From Octopus sinensis (lineage: Eukaryota): a DNA stretch of 64,000 bases. The stretch lies in contig NC_043003.1 in assembly GCF_006345805.1 (NCBI RefSeq), positions 116,436,001 through 116,500,000 of the forward strand, written 5' to 3'. This document shows, piece after piece, positions 13,211-27,827 of the stretch (positions within the stretch are counted from its first letter, which is position 1; every line of letters starts with the position of its first letter). The translations under genes and the position numbers were made by a program. Below the pieces are notes generated by a model. It saw nothing but the letters and a program-made list of their open reading frames with translations. It was not told the origin of the DNA and ran no database searches.

Positions 13211-13262
13211 TGATGGATATATGTATATATATATATATATATATATACATACATACATATAT

Positions 13263-13311
<49 letters not shown>

Positions 13312-13436
13312 ACATACATATATCCATCACACACACATATATATATACATCTAATATAGGATAAAAAATTTTTCGAAAAAAATGTTATCATTGGCCAGCA
13401 TATTAAAAAAATACATTTAAAGGTTAAATTTATAAA

Positions 13437-13715
13437 CTTATAAACAAGGGCAAAAGAAAAAAATTTCTAATGCCAAATATATATGCCGAAATAGACTTAA
13501 TCGTCAATAACCATATAATTTATCACTATAAGCACATATCTCGAAAAGACCGACAGAAATTTCTAAAAAATTCCGTTATTACCATATCGGGCCCGATTTC
13601 AGAGTTAGTTTTTCGAGATACGTGCTTATAGTGATAAATTATATGATTATTGATGATTAAGTCTATTTCGGCATATTTGGCATTAGAATTTTTTTCTTTT
13701 GCTCTTGTTTATAAT
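13437..13715. repeat. Fold-back inverted repeat, ~110-bp arms
   Basis: TTATAAACAAGGGCAAAAG...CACATATCTCGAAAA pairs with TTTTCGAGATACGTG...CTTTTGCTCTTGTTTATAA. Confidence 0.85.
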
Positions 13716-13905
13716 TTGCTTTCATATATATATATATTTATATATTGCCGAAACTATGCATAGTCCAGAAAGGAGAGGGTAAACGTTTTTATTTCTCTTT
13801 CCATTTCAGAATTACAACTATTAGTGGTTTGGAGTTTGGCTGCTCTTTCTAGTGAGTCGGATGTCCTATTATGGCCATCCCTTATATGTTTGAATGTATA
13901 TATAT

Positions 13906-13940
<35 letters not shown>

Positions 13941-13942
<2 letters not shown>

Positions 13943-15228
13943 TCCTAAAAATTGAAATTTATTCGTGCAATATTCACCACAAAAATTAAATAATATATAC
14001 ATCTCCGAAATATAATGAGGTATCAGACAACACGATCCCTTCATTTAAGTAAGCAATAAAGAGATGTGATTAATTCCATACCAGTTCTACGTATAGTAGT
14101 TCCAGTTTCCTCCAATCAACAAATAGTACTTGTAATCGTGAATACTTCATCATATTTGGTAGCAGTTTTTGCACTGATAATGGCAAAACGTCGCATCATC
14201 AGAAGGAACACTGCATATTTTACTTTCTTTATACGGAAAATTAAACACAAATCTATAGATTTCGACTCTTTTGCTTAGCAGTATTGTAAAATAATTGGCA
14301 ACGTAAAATAACTTAATCGAAGAATTTGCATGACGCTTAATTAATGAGAGATGTAAAGTGAAGCTTCTGCGATATGTGTGTAGTAAGTGTATTTTAATCT
14401 CACTGTAGAGAGATGATCCTGCGGTTTAATCGCATATTTTTCTCGGTGACCAGAAAAGTTATATCGATGTCACGTGTTTCAACCTTTTCACCACTTCACA
14501 TTTTATTTGTCGTTCGTTGTCTTGACCGAAGATAAATCAGTAAAAGACATTGGAAATATTGAGAATGATCGTTATTCTTCTTCTGGCAAGAGGGGAAAAC
14601 AAAATTGTGACATTGTACAATTTTATCCGTATCAACCTGTATTTACGAAAAAGCCTGTCAATCCTCATCTGTAGATGTTTCTCCAAAATAGATATTCGAT
14701 CCGTCATGGACATGATAAGCATCGTTGCTACACCCGATCTTATACGTTGCTGACACTTCGCATTCTGACAGCAGCAACACATCTTCACAATGTCATGTTT
14801 AGACATTTCTTATTGTGTTTATACTTTTTACAAAGATCTGGCAACCCTATTTTGGGGAATAACGAATGACGTATGGAGGGGAATTTCAACCTTCTAATGT
14901 TGTACTGTTGTATGTGACAGCTTATGCCTCTGTATAACGTGGTCGTTCAAAAATATATTTCTTGTTATGTGAAATATTCAGTATTCATTCTGATGATGAG
15001 ACATTTTGCCATTATCAGTGCAAGAACTGATAATGGCGAAATGACTCTTTGTTGACTGAAAGGAACTGGAACTACTATATGTAGAACTGGTATGGAATTA
15101 ATCACATCTCTTTATTGCTTACTTAAATGAAGGGATCGTGTTGTCTGATACCTCATTGTATTTCGAAGATGTATATATTATATAATTTTTGTGGTGTATA
15201 TTGCATGAAATATTTTCAGTTTTTAGGA

Positions 15229-15230
<2 letters not shown>
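13941..15230. mobile_element. Unclassified element with ~260-280-bp terminal inverted repeats, inserted in (TA)n
   Basis: 13941-14220 is the reverse complement of ~14972-15230 (e.g. GAGGTATCAGACAACACGATCCCTTCATTTAAGTAAGCAATAAAGAGATGTGATTAATTCCATACCAGTTCTAC). (TA)n on both sides. Confidence 0.7.
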
Positions 15231-15306
<76 letters not shown>

Positions 15307-15454
15307 CATATATCCATCACACACACACACACACAGACACTTATATATGATTTATGTATTAAATTATGTATATGTGCAGTTTTATATGCTTTGTTTTATG
15401 TATGTCTTTTCATGCATATATCTACACATCTAGACATGCTCATACACACTTAAA

Positions 15455-15700
15455 TTATAAACATCTGGAAAGTTTTACAGATTGTTTACAGTTCTAATGG
15501 TGGCTTGGATCTGTAGTCTTGAAATCAAATTTCTCCTTTTGAGAAATCTAATTTCTCAAGGTTGTTATTTAGGCAATGTGTAACATATCCTAGTGTCCCA
15601 ATATTTACAAGTATGAACCTAAACTTCTAATCCAAGTAGAGTAACTAAGGATTTCTCAATATGTATGTATGTTTCCCAGGTCATTTCATAAAATTCAATA
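15455..15700 (-). mobile_element. 3' fragment of R4/Dong-like LINE
   Basis: Similar to 45480-45620 (CTAATTTCTCA.G.TTGTTATTTAG.CA...AGTG.CC..AT). Confidence 0.55.
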
Positions 15701-15879
15701 ACATATGAAATGACCACTTCAGTTGATACGGTTACCTTCCTAGAGATGGACTGATCATCTCGGCATTACTAGAAAGAATGCCTTATGTGTTTAGTGAAGA
15801 GGGTGGTATGGCCAACTTCATCAAAAATATTCTCAGTCTTTATGATAAGAATTTGAAAAGAAAAAAAAACACTCCTCTT

Positions 15880-16640
15880 AAATGGTTAAAAAGATTTTAG
15901 AAGGATAGTTTCGGCTTAAAAGTTGCTTCGCGAATAGTTCATCTTGTTCAGTGAAATGGCGATCATTTTTCCCGAACGTGATCAAAATAGACCAGCTAAT
16001 TTTTGGTGAAGAGTCCGAGAAGAGCAATTCAAACCATTCAACAAGTGAACGGTAACTACAGCGGATTAGAATATTGCCGAGCAGCACCAGTATATATCTT
16101 CACTTTTTTACACAGTGGTGAGCGCATGTTACCATTTTTGAACTAGCGAGAAGTGGGCTTTTCATGAGAATGTGTCAGTTGGTGCAAAAAATAGCTTAAT
16201 TATGGTAAATTAGTCAAACCACAACCCGAATCAGACCTTCCCATAAGAAAACTATTGGTTAATGTTTGGTGGGATTATATCTGTGTGATTCATGTACAGT
16301 GCTGTCAGTTAATGTAATGGTTAAAACAGGCAATTACTGTCCTCAGTTAGAACATTAAAACAGTTTCGAGGAAGAAGCTTGCTATAATAAAGTGCATAGG
16401 AGTGTTGTGCCGCCATAATAATGCGCGGCTTTATGCAATAATCATGTCTGAAAACCTCGGCCGGGAAAACCAAAGTAAAAAAATCTTATTCATCGGAGAA
16501 CGTGATGAATTAGTTTTTTTTTTAAATCGCTTGAAAAAGATGAAAGTTTCCTTTCAAAACTCTTTTTCCTAAAATAATAATAACTTTCCACAAATGGTAT
16601 TCACTAGTGAAAACGAAGCCATTAGTTACGTGCAGTTAAT
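15880..16640 (+). pseudogene. Highly decayed mariner transposase relic
   Basis: Scattered motifs in the expected order: T.SEKW, NVWWDYICVIH, NYCPQLE, HNNAR (cf. TGDEKW, VWWD..GVIH, YC.QL, HDNARPH). Many stops and frameshifts. Confidence 0.55.
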
Positions 16641-17495
16641 AGAGTAGATGTTTCTGTTTCACCATTAAACAGTTTTAATGATTGTGAAGAATGTCAATGA
16701 ATTCCTTTAAATTTTATAGTTTCCATAATGACTTTAACCAATCACTTGAACGCCCAACTAAAAATTTTAATTGTTTCCTTACACCTTATTTCCTTGCTAC
16801 TTTAGAAATCATGTCGAAATTTCTAGTTTGGTTTTCTTTTCCGTAATTTACTTTTTTTTATTTTTTTGTGGCACTTTAAATTTTGAATTTCTGTTGATAC
16901 CATATTTCTATCGGTTCACTTTCCAACCATAATTAGCCTTCCCTTCTGAATATGAGCAATTAACTTTATTGAAATTTAATTTCATTTTAGTAATTATACG
17001 AATTTTAAAATTTAGTTTAGATTTATTCTTACAATAACCAGTGATGTATACTAGTCTCCATTTTAATTAATAATTGATGTTTCATTCCATAATAGTAAAT
17101 GGTTATCTCTTTCATTTCAATGTCCTACGTTCCTTCTCTTACAGGAAGTTTACTCATTTTATCAAAGGCCTTCCGCAAAGCTGGCGTGGAAATGTATGCA
17201 ATTCTTTAGTCCTTACTAGATTTCAATATGTTTGTACTAGTGAGGTATTTTCGTTCTCTATTATTAATTTGTGATTACTGTTTTGGGGTTGTTACATACT
17301 CTAAAAATGTTCTAATACATTATAGTTTTCGGATTGATGATACAAAACAATTACAGTGAATTATCGCCTAATTTGTACTTTATGTTTCCGAGTACACAAA
17401 CTTATTTATGTAAGATCACCTGGATATTTATTTTTCCAGAATTTGTTCATTATATGTCCAATGCCTTCCTGATGAGATGAGGTGAGATTCGTTAA

Positions 17496-17720
17496 GGCGG
17501 CGAGCTGGCAGAATCATTAGCACGCCGGGCGGAATGCGTAGCCGTATTTCGTCTGCCGTTGCGTTCAAATTCCGCCGAAGTCGACTTTCCTTTTCATCCT
17601 TTCGGGGTCGATTAAATAAGTACCAGTTACGCACTGGGGTCGATGTAATCGACTTAATCCGTTTGTCTGTCCTTATTTGTCCCCTCTATGTTTAGCCCCT
17701 TGTGGGTAATAAAAAAATAT
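17496..17720 (+). mobile_element. SINE family A
   Basis: Family A head and body; imperfect ~20-bp TSD AGATG(A/T)GGT(G/A)AGATTCGTT. Confidence 0.9.
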
Positions 17721-17984
17721 AAGATGTGGTAAGATTCGTTTAAGACTGGAGCATTTGCCAATTCTGGACTCCACACAGTCCATTTAATTGACAATTTCCC
17801 AGGATTAACACATATACTCTATTTTCTATTTTAAAAACATTTATATTGCGTTTAATTCAAGAGATTTCACAGTAACGAAAAGTTTTTGAATCGTTAAAAC
17901 ATAGCCGTTACCTACAAGTGTAAAGGTTTGAAATTTCTAAACATCATTATTAATCATGCTGATACATAAACATATGTACAAAAA

Positions 17985-18378
17985 TCTTTATATATAAAAG
18001 TGAAGTTGTGTGCTGTCTCCTACGATTTAGATTCCTAACTACTCCCACATTTTGCGGTGCAGTGTAACCAAAAGCGGGTATCTTATAGTCGTGATTCATA
18101 ACGAGCCCTTCTGGGTATTAGCGCGCGTCTACGATGAGTCTACGATTTTAAAACAAATTTACCATCATTTTTTTCCATTTTAATGCATTCTTTTCGCTAT
18201 TATATAAGGGAAGTAACCCTCTAAAAATGTATACGATGAGTCAACGATTTAATAAAAATACCATCGTTTTTTTCCATTTTTTAATGCATATTTTTGCTAT
18301 ATTTTGGTTATAACTCTCTAAAAATGCTTATATATTATTTCCCTTACAAACCCGAGCAACGCCGGGCGATACTGCTAG
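17985..18378 (+). mobile_element. Non-autonomous Helitron (~395 bp)
   Basis: A|TCTTTATATATAAAAG ... CCCGAGCAACGCCGGGCGATACTGCTAG|T; internal ~100-bp tandem duplication. Confidence 0.85.
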
Positions 18379-18904
18379 TAATATATAATATAATCCTGGT
18401 GAATTCCAAGTGTAATTCTATCTCGGATTGAATGTTCAATGAGACTATATCAATATGCACACCACCAATCACACACTGTTTATTATCGTCTAATAAATGA
18501 GGAAGAGCTTTTGAGAAATAAACTGTTAAAAGATTAAAAACAAAACAAGTTTTGCCCTGAAAAGAAAAGAAAAGTGAAGTTTAAGACGAAAATAAACGAA
18601 AGATGGCTGCAAACAAAGAGAATTCAAACAAAATATACATATAGATTGGAAGAACGAACGGCAGAGAGTATGCACGTTGTCAAGTATAAAATTTTGAGAC
18701 GGCATATTCATGTTAAGAATAAATATAAGACGTTAGAAAAAAAGCAATCAAAGAGGAAGACTGATGCCAAATATAGAGTGTCACAGCGTGTTTGTGGTAG
18801 GAGGGAAAATATATTTGTGAAAGAAAAAAAAACATAGCTAGTATGAAATTTCGGAAATTATACCTAGCTGTCAATATGATATACACATATAAATTATAAA
18901 TCAA

Positions 18905-20690
<1,786 letters not shown>

Positions 20691-21229
20691 TCTCGTAGGT
20701 ACCTTACTATACATATTTGCATATATATTTACGGTCATGAATACATTCATGCAAAATTATATATACAAGAGACTGTGTCATTTTCTGTGATTGTATGCGC
20801 GTGTGTTTGTGTCTGTGTGTTTGTGTCTGTGTGTTTGTGTGTGTGTGTGTTCATATTATGGAGACATTACCAGTAATCATTGAAGACGCAACCGTGGACA
20901 TGTTACGTATCTCCGTATGTAAATATTTTGACTAGTTCGTCATGCATTTGCACCAGCAATGAGATACTTAACGCATATTTAACGTCCAGGTATAGATGAA
21001 TTTACACATATACATATATTTATAATTATAAATCTATATATTTTGTGGAGCACTGGATCTCGAGGCACATAATATAAAGCTATAAATATTAGCATTAAAA
21101 TATTTTGTTGGAAATCTCTGGTTTAGAAAACTCTGATGGCCGCCCGTAGGGCTCGAATCCACATCTCCAGTAGACATAATATACATATATATAGAGAGAT
21201 AAGAGAGATACATACATACATATATATAT

Positions 21230-21302
<73 letters not shown>

Positions 21303-21480
21303 TCCAACAAATTTTGAGGTTGTGAATCCAACCAACTAAGGGATAATATCTATCCAATATACTGCTGGTAGAATACCCAATTCTTAATACACAAATGGTT
21401 TTTCATTGCAAGGCAACTACATTACCGAGCGTAATACATGGTTTAGGGTAAAGAGATATTTTACCATTGATTTATTGAAC

Positions 21481-21611
21481 AATAAAAAAATGGAGGGGAT
21501 CAAGAGTTGGTATTCATCAACTTATAGATATTATATTTTTGTCTAAATAGGTATAATATAATGTCTATAAGTTGATAAATACCACCTCTTGATCCCCTCC
21601 ATTTTCTTATT
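21481..21611. repeat. Fold-back inverted repeat, ~55-bp arms
   Basis: AAATGGAGGGGATCAAGAGTTGGTATTCATCAACTTATAGA vs TCTATAAGTTGATAAATACCACCTCTTGATCCCCTCCATTT. Confidence 0.85.
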
Positions 21612-21613
21612 GC

Positions 21614-21668
<55 letters not shown>

Positions 21669-21690
21669 TTATTTCACATATATATATATA

Positions 21691-22560
21691 CCAGGTGTAT
21701 TCAAATTACCTGGAAACGTTTTCTGTAGGACAAACCCGTTGTAGTTCAGGCTACCACCATTAGAAATCACTTGATGCGGTCCTTAGGCATCCGTCTGCCG
21801 GCCGGAGTTGCAGGGTGATTTTCTACTGCGTCTTTGTTTCGCAGTGCTTCTACCCTCTTCGTCGATTTTGGGGGTGGATAAAAGGAGGGAACAACGTGCT
21901 TCCGTGAAATTCTGTTTTCTGCTGGAGAATACGGAGGCCAAAACAGTTAAAATTCTTCAAACCGCTTACAAGGACGCTGCCATGAGTAAAACACAAGTTC
22001 ACCAGCAGTTTTCACGCTTTATGAATGGTCGCTTGTCACTTGGAGATCAACACCGTTCAGGTCGAACATCGACCTTCCAAACGAATGAAAATATGAAAAT
22101 TCAAGAACTGTTCTTGTAGGTCCGTCACGAAAATCTTGACGAACATTGTTGATATGACTGATGTCTGCTAGAGCTCCTGCCAACGAACTTTGAGCTAGGA
22201 ATAGTGAATGAAACGAGTTACAGCAAAATTTGTGTCTTTCTTCCTCACGGAAGATCAAGAGCAATCATGACTGAAAGTGTGTCGTGAAATGAAAGAAGAG
22301 TTTGAAGTTGATCCGGGTCTTTTTCCAAGATCACCAATAGTGGCGAAAGCCGGTGCTACAGAATATGCAGATGTGGAATATGTGAAAAGCATAGCTTTCA
22401 ACAGGAGTTCCCACACTGCTTCGAGTCGTAGAAAACGCGTCTGGACAGATGAATTACTTCAAATGGAGAATGCCTTGAAGGCGATAAAAAGTGTAAACAT
22501 GTAAAATTAAGTGAATAAAATAACATTGCGAAATTCCGGTTCCTTTTGGGTACCCGCCTC

Positions 22561-22561
<1 letters not shown>
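21691..22561 (+). mobile_element. Internally deleted mariner element
   Basis: ORF 21808-22119 EQRASVKFCFLL...TVKILQTAYKDAAMSKTQV..FSRF..GR..L.D..RSGRTST is a mariner N-terminal HTH region. Degenerate TIRs in TA context; catalytic domain mostly missing. Confidence 0.8.
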
Positions 22562-22623
<62 letters not shown>

Positions 22624-22802
22624 CAGATGTAAGACAGAAGATAGAATATACGATAATATATTAGTATATATTTATATATGTGTGTGCGTGTGTGTAAGTA
22701 TATGTGTGAATATCTCCGTGTGTGTGTGTAACCAATTATGCGGATAAACATATTAAATAGAACACCTTGTTTAATATACACAATATAAACATGTGTATAA
22801 TA

Positions 22803-22840
<38 letters not shown>

Positions 22841-23030
22841 ATATATATATATATATTATATATATATATATATATACATATGTATGTATATGTATGTATG
22901 TATATGTATATGTATATATATACATGCAAACAGAAAGAAAGCAAGAATTGAAAATTTAAGCCTATATGAATATCTATATTAATAGATCAAACTTACACAG
23001 GATACAAACGACCAAATTGTTGTTATGAAT

Positions 23031-23151
23031 CCTACACCTGTTTCTGGGGATCGGAGTTCCATCGTAATGTTGGTAGATGTTGTTCATCATAATGCGCAGC
23101 CGGTAATGGACGCAAATAAACACTGGATATATCAAGCCTCCGTCATCAGGG
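23031..23151 (-). ncRNA. Degenerate type I hammerhead-like motif with long stem II
   Basis: CC-CTGATGA-CGGAG...CTCCG-(7-nt insert)-GAAA-CAGGTG-TA-GG. Confidence 0.35.
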
Positions 23152-25128
23152 TAAAAAAATGTCTTACATTTCAGATAATGAGGCAGAGCGGTTTACAGTT
23201 TGAATGTTAAATGTAGAGAGCAAGCAGTATTAGAGACCGGAAGTAGGGGGCTCCGTGAGGTTGTGGTGAGTGTTGAGGCAAAGAAAGGTGAAAAGAGATG
23301 ATAGAGTGAGTTGAGGTAGATGGAGAGGGTTAAAAATCAAAGTATTAGGGAGGTAGTTACAGAGAGAGTTAGGAGATGAGAAGGAGAAGAAGGATGGTGG
23401 TAATTGAAGGGTGGTCGATTGTTATTGGGTTTGTGAATAGATGTCAAAACTTGGTGATAATGTCTATAGAACTACCGGAAGATTAGACAGTGAGAAACGA
23501 GAGAGCAATTATTAGAGAAGGACATGAGTCTAATTCATAAATGTTTATAGGGTGTCTAAGAGGGAAATCGAAGACAGAAGTTATGTTGGCGGCTGAGGGA
23601 GATTACTGAGGTTTGTTCCCCACAGACTGTGCATCCATAAAGCACAAAATTAAAATTTCTACTCATTAAGCAAATTGCTTATAGAATGAACCCACAGAAA
23701 GAAACATACGAGCTAGCAAACTTTCCACCTACACACATCCTCTCGTGAACTTCAAAGAACAAGATAAACAAATTTCTATACTAATAACACCACGAAATGC
23801 GCAACTAATAACCCCCAGCTTCCAAATACAGACAGGAAGCAGCCTTGATAACAACAAGTAAAGAAACTAACCTGTTAAAACATACTAACTACTTGCATTT
23901 GGAACCCTTAAAACTTTCCATTACAGAAAAGCTGTCACACTTAGTTTCTAAGTGTTTTAAAATACTCGATTAAAGCAAAAGATTAAATGCAATAAACGAA
24001 ATTTAACTAAAACTAATGGCATGTCCCTTGATCAAAAAGACTCCTTATACCCACCCCTACGACATAATTACCACTCAACTTAAACCCACACACTAAAGGA
24101 AGATTTTTACCTAAACAAAGACTTTGTGTGTGCGTTTATTTGTGCGTGTGTTTGTTTGTGTGTGTGTGTGTGTATGTGTGTGTGTGTTCTAAGTTAACTA
24201 AGTACACTAAGAGATTGCGTGTTTGTAAATTCACCATCCAATGGAAGTTCTACAAATGGGTCGTAGTGAAATAGTCTGTGTATTGCAGAGGGGGATCAAG
24301 ATAACCCGCTCCATTGAAAGGTGACCAATAATTACCAAAATTCAAGCAGAGAAATAATCACAAATTTCTAGTTGCCAAGATATCACCCATGCCAAATTAA
24401 CACTACATTTAATTAACGACCAAATGAGCAAATTTTAATTTCTATCTCAATTTTAATTTACTACCAATTAGCCTCAGTAAAATTCGACTACCAATCTTCA
24501 CTACAAACGCAGTACTGAGGCAACGAATACATCAACACCATTAGCCAAGACCGAACACCACCGTCACCACCATCGGGTGGTTTACACCAAGTGACCAAGT
24601 GTCCACGTCTGCACTTGTACAATCATAAAGTATTTTCATAATTTAAGAATTTTTTTCAACACGACTTTAAATACGCCATCCTGTATAGTATTATGATTGT
24701 TTCAGTAACGGGTCTCTTGTCCAAGCTTGATTGACGCGTTCACCACCACAGCCTCGTTTAGGCTTAGCAGCCATTCCTGTTTGTTTTCACTGTCCTGTTT
24801 CTGTTACCTATTTTGACCCTCCACAAACTCCCAAATTTTATTTAATTTGCTTTGCGGCAGCAACAGTTTTATCGAAAGCATATATTGTTGTTAAATCCTC
24901 GAAATGCGAGACTAGAAAAACAGCCACCAACTGATGAAGTGTCGTTCTTTGCGTTGTTGTTATTTCTTATTTTCCTGTTGTGTCTTTCGTCGTTCGAAAG
25001 AATATTTCATATTCCATGTACTCGTACTTCGTACTTTTTTGTTGTACACGTTTCATGAAGTTCTGTGTCCACATATGCATATATATATACGTATAGATGC
25101 AAGTATGTACATATACGCATGTATATAT

Positions 25129-25209
<81 letters not shown>

Positions 25210-25354
25210 TAAGAGAGTGGTCACTATATGGCTCACTCTAGCACCAGTTAATCCAAAAGGTTTCAACCACGAAAATACATGTTTCCCATGAAAGTCAGTA
25301 CGATCGTTAGCTCACACGGACAGGGCAAATAAAAAATAACAAAAATACAGATTA

Positions 25355-25437
25355 TTTTGGGACAATTGTTTCGCTATTAATGAATTAAATGTAATTTTAC
25401 TTACAAAAAAAATCCATTTGTAGCTCGTCAGCCAAAA
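25355..25437 (-). ncRNA. Type I hammerhead ribozyme (intact core)
   Basis: Reverse complement reads TTTTGG CTGACGA GCTA..TAGC GAAA CAATTG TC^CCAAAA. Confidence 0.85.
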
Positions 25438-25888
25438 CTATCTGGATGAAATCCACTCAATCACACGCCAGATTTTACCATAACGATAAATACGCGTGTG
25501 GTTCAATTGATTACATCCGACGTTATAATTCAAATGCCCCAACTAACAGCGCGCCAAACTTTCACGGAAAACAAATACAGCATTTAGAAATAAATGCAGC
25601 ATAATTATAATTAATTAATAAGGGTGAGAGAATTAGATACTAATTTAATAGTAATCTATTCAACACCAAGTGGCCTAGTGCTCCGAGAAACCTGAATATT
25701 ATAATATTTTATAACATATTATAATATTTTTACAAAATAAATATAAGAGAGTGGTCACTATATGGCTCACTCTAGCACCAGTTAATCCAAAAGGTTTCAA
25801 CCACGAAAATACATGTTTCCCATGAAAGTCAGTACGATTGTTAGCTCACACGGACAGGGCAAATAAAAAATAACAAAAATACAGATTA

Positions 25889-25970
25889 TTTTGGACAATT
25901 GTTTCGCTATTAATGAATTAAATGTAATTTTACTTACAAAAAAAATCCATTTGTAGCTCGTCAGCCAAAA
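25889..25970 (-). ncRNA. Type I hammerhead ribozyme (one C missing at the cleavage site/stem I)
   Basis: Same motif, GTCCAAAA instead of GTCCCAAAA. Confidence 0.7.
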
Positions 25971-26674
25971 CTATCTGGATGAAATCCACTCAATCACACG
26001 CCAGATTTTACCATAACGATAAATACGCGTGTGGTTCAATTGATTACATCCGACGTTATAATTCAAATGCCCCAACTAACAGCGCGCCAAACTTTCACGG
26101 AAAACAAATACAGCATTTAGAAATAAATGCAGCATAATTATAATTAATTAATAAGGGTGAGAGAATAGATACTAATTTAATAGTATATCTATTCAACACC
26201 AAGTGGCCTAGTGCTCCGAGAAACCTGGATTATTATAATATTTATAAACATATTAGAATATTTTTACAAAATACATATAAGAGAGTGGTCACTATATGGC
26301 TCACTCTAGCACCAGTTAATCAAAAGATAACTGGTGCTAGAGTGAGCCATATAGTGACCACTCTCTTATATTATTTTGTAAAAATATTATAATATGTTAT
26401 AAAATATTATAATAATCCAGGTTTCTCGGAGCACTAGGCCACTTGGTGTTGAATCGATATACTATTAAATTAGTATCTAATTCTCTCACCTTATTAATTA
26501 ATTATAATTATGCTGCATTTATTTCTAAATGCTGTATTTGTTTTCCGTGAAAGTTTGGCGCGCTGTTAGTTGGGGCATTTGAATTATAACGTCGGATGTA
26601 ATCAATTGAACCACACGCGTATTTATCGTTATGGTAAAATCTGGCGTGTGATTGAGTGGATTTCATCCAGATAG

Positions 26675-26758
26675 TTTTGGCTGACGAGCTACAAATGGAT
26701 TTTTTTTTGTAAGTAAAATTACATTTAATTCATTAATAGCGAAACAATTGTCCCAAAA
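26675..26758 (+). ncRNA. Type I hammerhead ribozyme (intact core)
   Basis: Stem I TTTTGG/CCAAAA; CTGACGA 26681-26687; stem II GCTA/TAGC; GAAA 26741-26744; palindromic stem III ACAATTGT; GTC triplet 26750-26752. Confidence 0.88.
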
Positions 26759-27205
26759 TAATCTGTATTTTGTTATTTTTTATTTGCCCTGTCCGTGTGA
26801 GCTAACGATCGTACTGACTTTCATGGGAACATGTATTTTCGTGGTTGAAACCTTTTGGATTAACTGGTGCTAGAGTGAGCCATATAGTGACCACTCTCTT
26901 ATATTTATTTTGTAAAAAATTATAATATGTTATAAAATATTATATAATCCAGGTTTCTCGGAGCACTAGGCCACTTGGTGTTGAATAGATATACTATTAA
27001 ATTAGTATCTATCTCTCCACCCTTATTAATTAATTATAATTATGCTGCATTTATTTCTAAATGCTGTATTTGTTTTCCGTGAAAGTTTGGCGCGCTGTTA
27101 GTTGGGGCATTTGAATTATAACGTCGGATGTAATCAATGAACCACACGCGTATTTATCGTTATGGTAAAATCTGGCGTGTGATTGAGTGGATTTCATCCA
27201 GATAG

Positions 27206-27290
27206 TTTTGGCTGACGAGCTACAAATGGATTTTTTTGTAAGTAAAATTACATTTAATTCATAATAGCGTAGCGAACCAATTGTCCAAAA
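27206..27290 (+). ncRNA. Hammerhead copy with GAAC for GAAA and a small duplication
   Basis: CTGACGA intact; TAGCGTAGCGAACCAATTGTCCAAAA. Confidence 0.55.
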
Positions 27291-27743
27291 TAATCTGTGT
27301 TTTTGGTATTTTTTTATTGCCCTGTCCGTGTGAGCTAACGATCGTACTGACTTTCATGGGAAACATGTATTTTTTGTGGTTGAAACCTTTTGGATTAACT
27401 GGTGCTAGAGTGAGCCATATAGTGACCACTCTCTTATATTTATTTTGTAAAAATATATAATATGTTATAAAATATTATAATAATCCAGGTTTCTCGGAGC
27501 ACTAGGCCACTTGGTGTTGAATAGATATACTATTAAATTAGTATATAATTCTCTCACCCTTATTAATTAATTATAATTATGCTGCATTTATTTCTAAATG
27601 CTGTATTTGTTTTCGTGAAAAGTTTGGCGCGCTGTTAGTTGGGGCATTTGAATTATAACGTCGGATGTAATCAATTGAACCACACGCGTATTTATCGTTA
27701 TGGTAAAATCTGGCGTGTGATTGAGTGGATTTCATCCAGATAG

Positions 27744-27827
27744 TTTTGGCTGACGAGCTACAAATGGATTTTTTTTTGTAAGTAAAATTACATTTAATTC
27801 ATTAATAGCGAAACAATTGTCCCAAAA
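27744..27827 (+). ncRNA. Type I hammerhead ribozyme (intact core)
   Basis: Same as 26675-26758; GTC at 27819-27821. Confidence 0.88.

Noticed and set aside
21130-21171. CTGATGG..GCCC-GTA-GGGC..GAAT hammerhead-like relic
   Set aside because: Both core segments are mutated and stems I and III are not recoverable.
23600-23660. Minus-strand VLYGCTVCGEQ resembling a GIY-YIG CxxC segment
   Set aside because: Too short, with no YIG motif or continuing frame.
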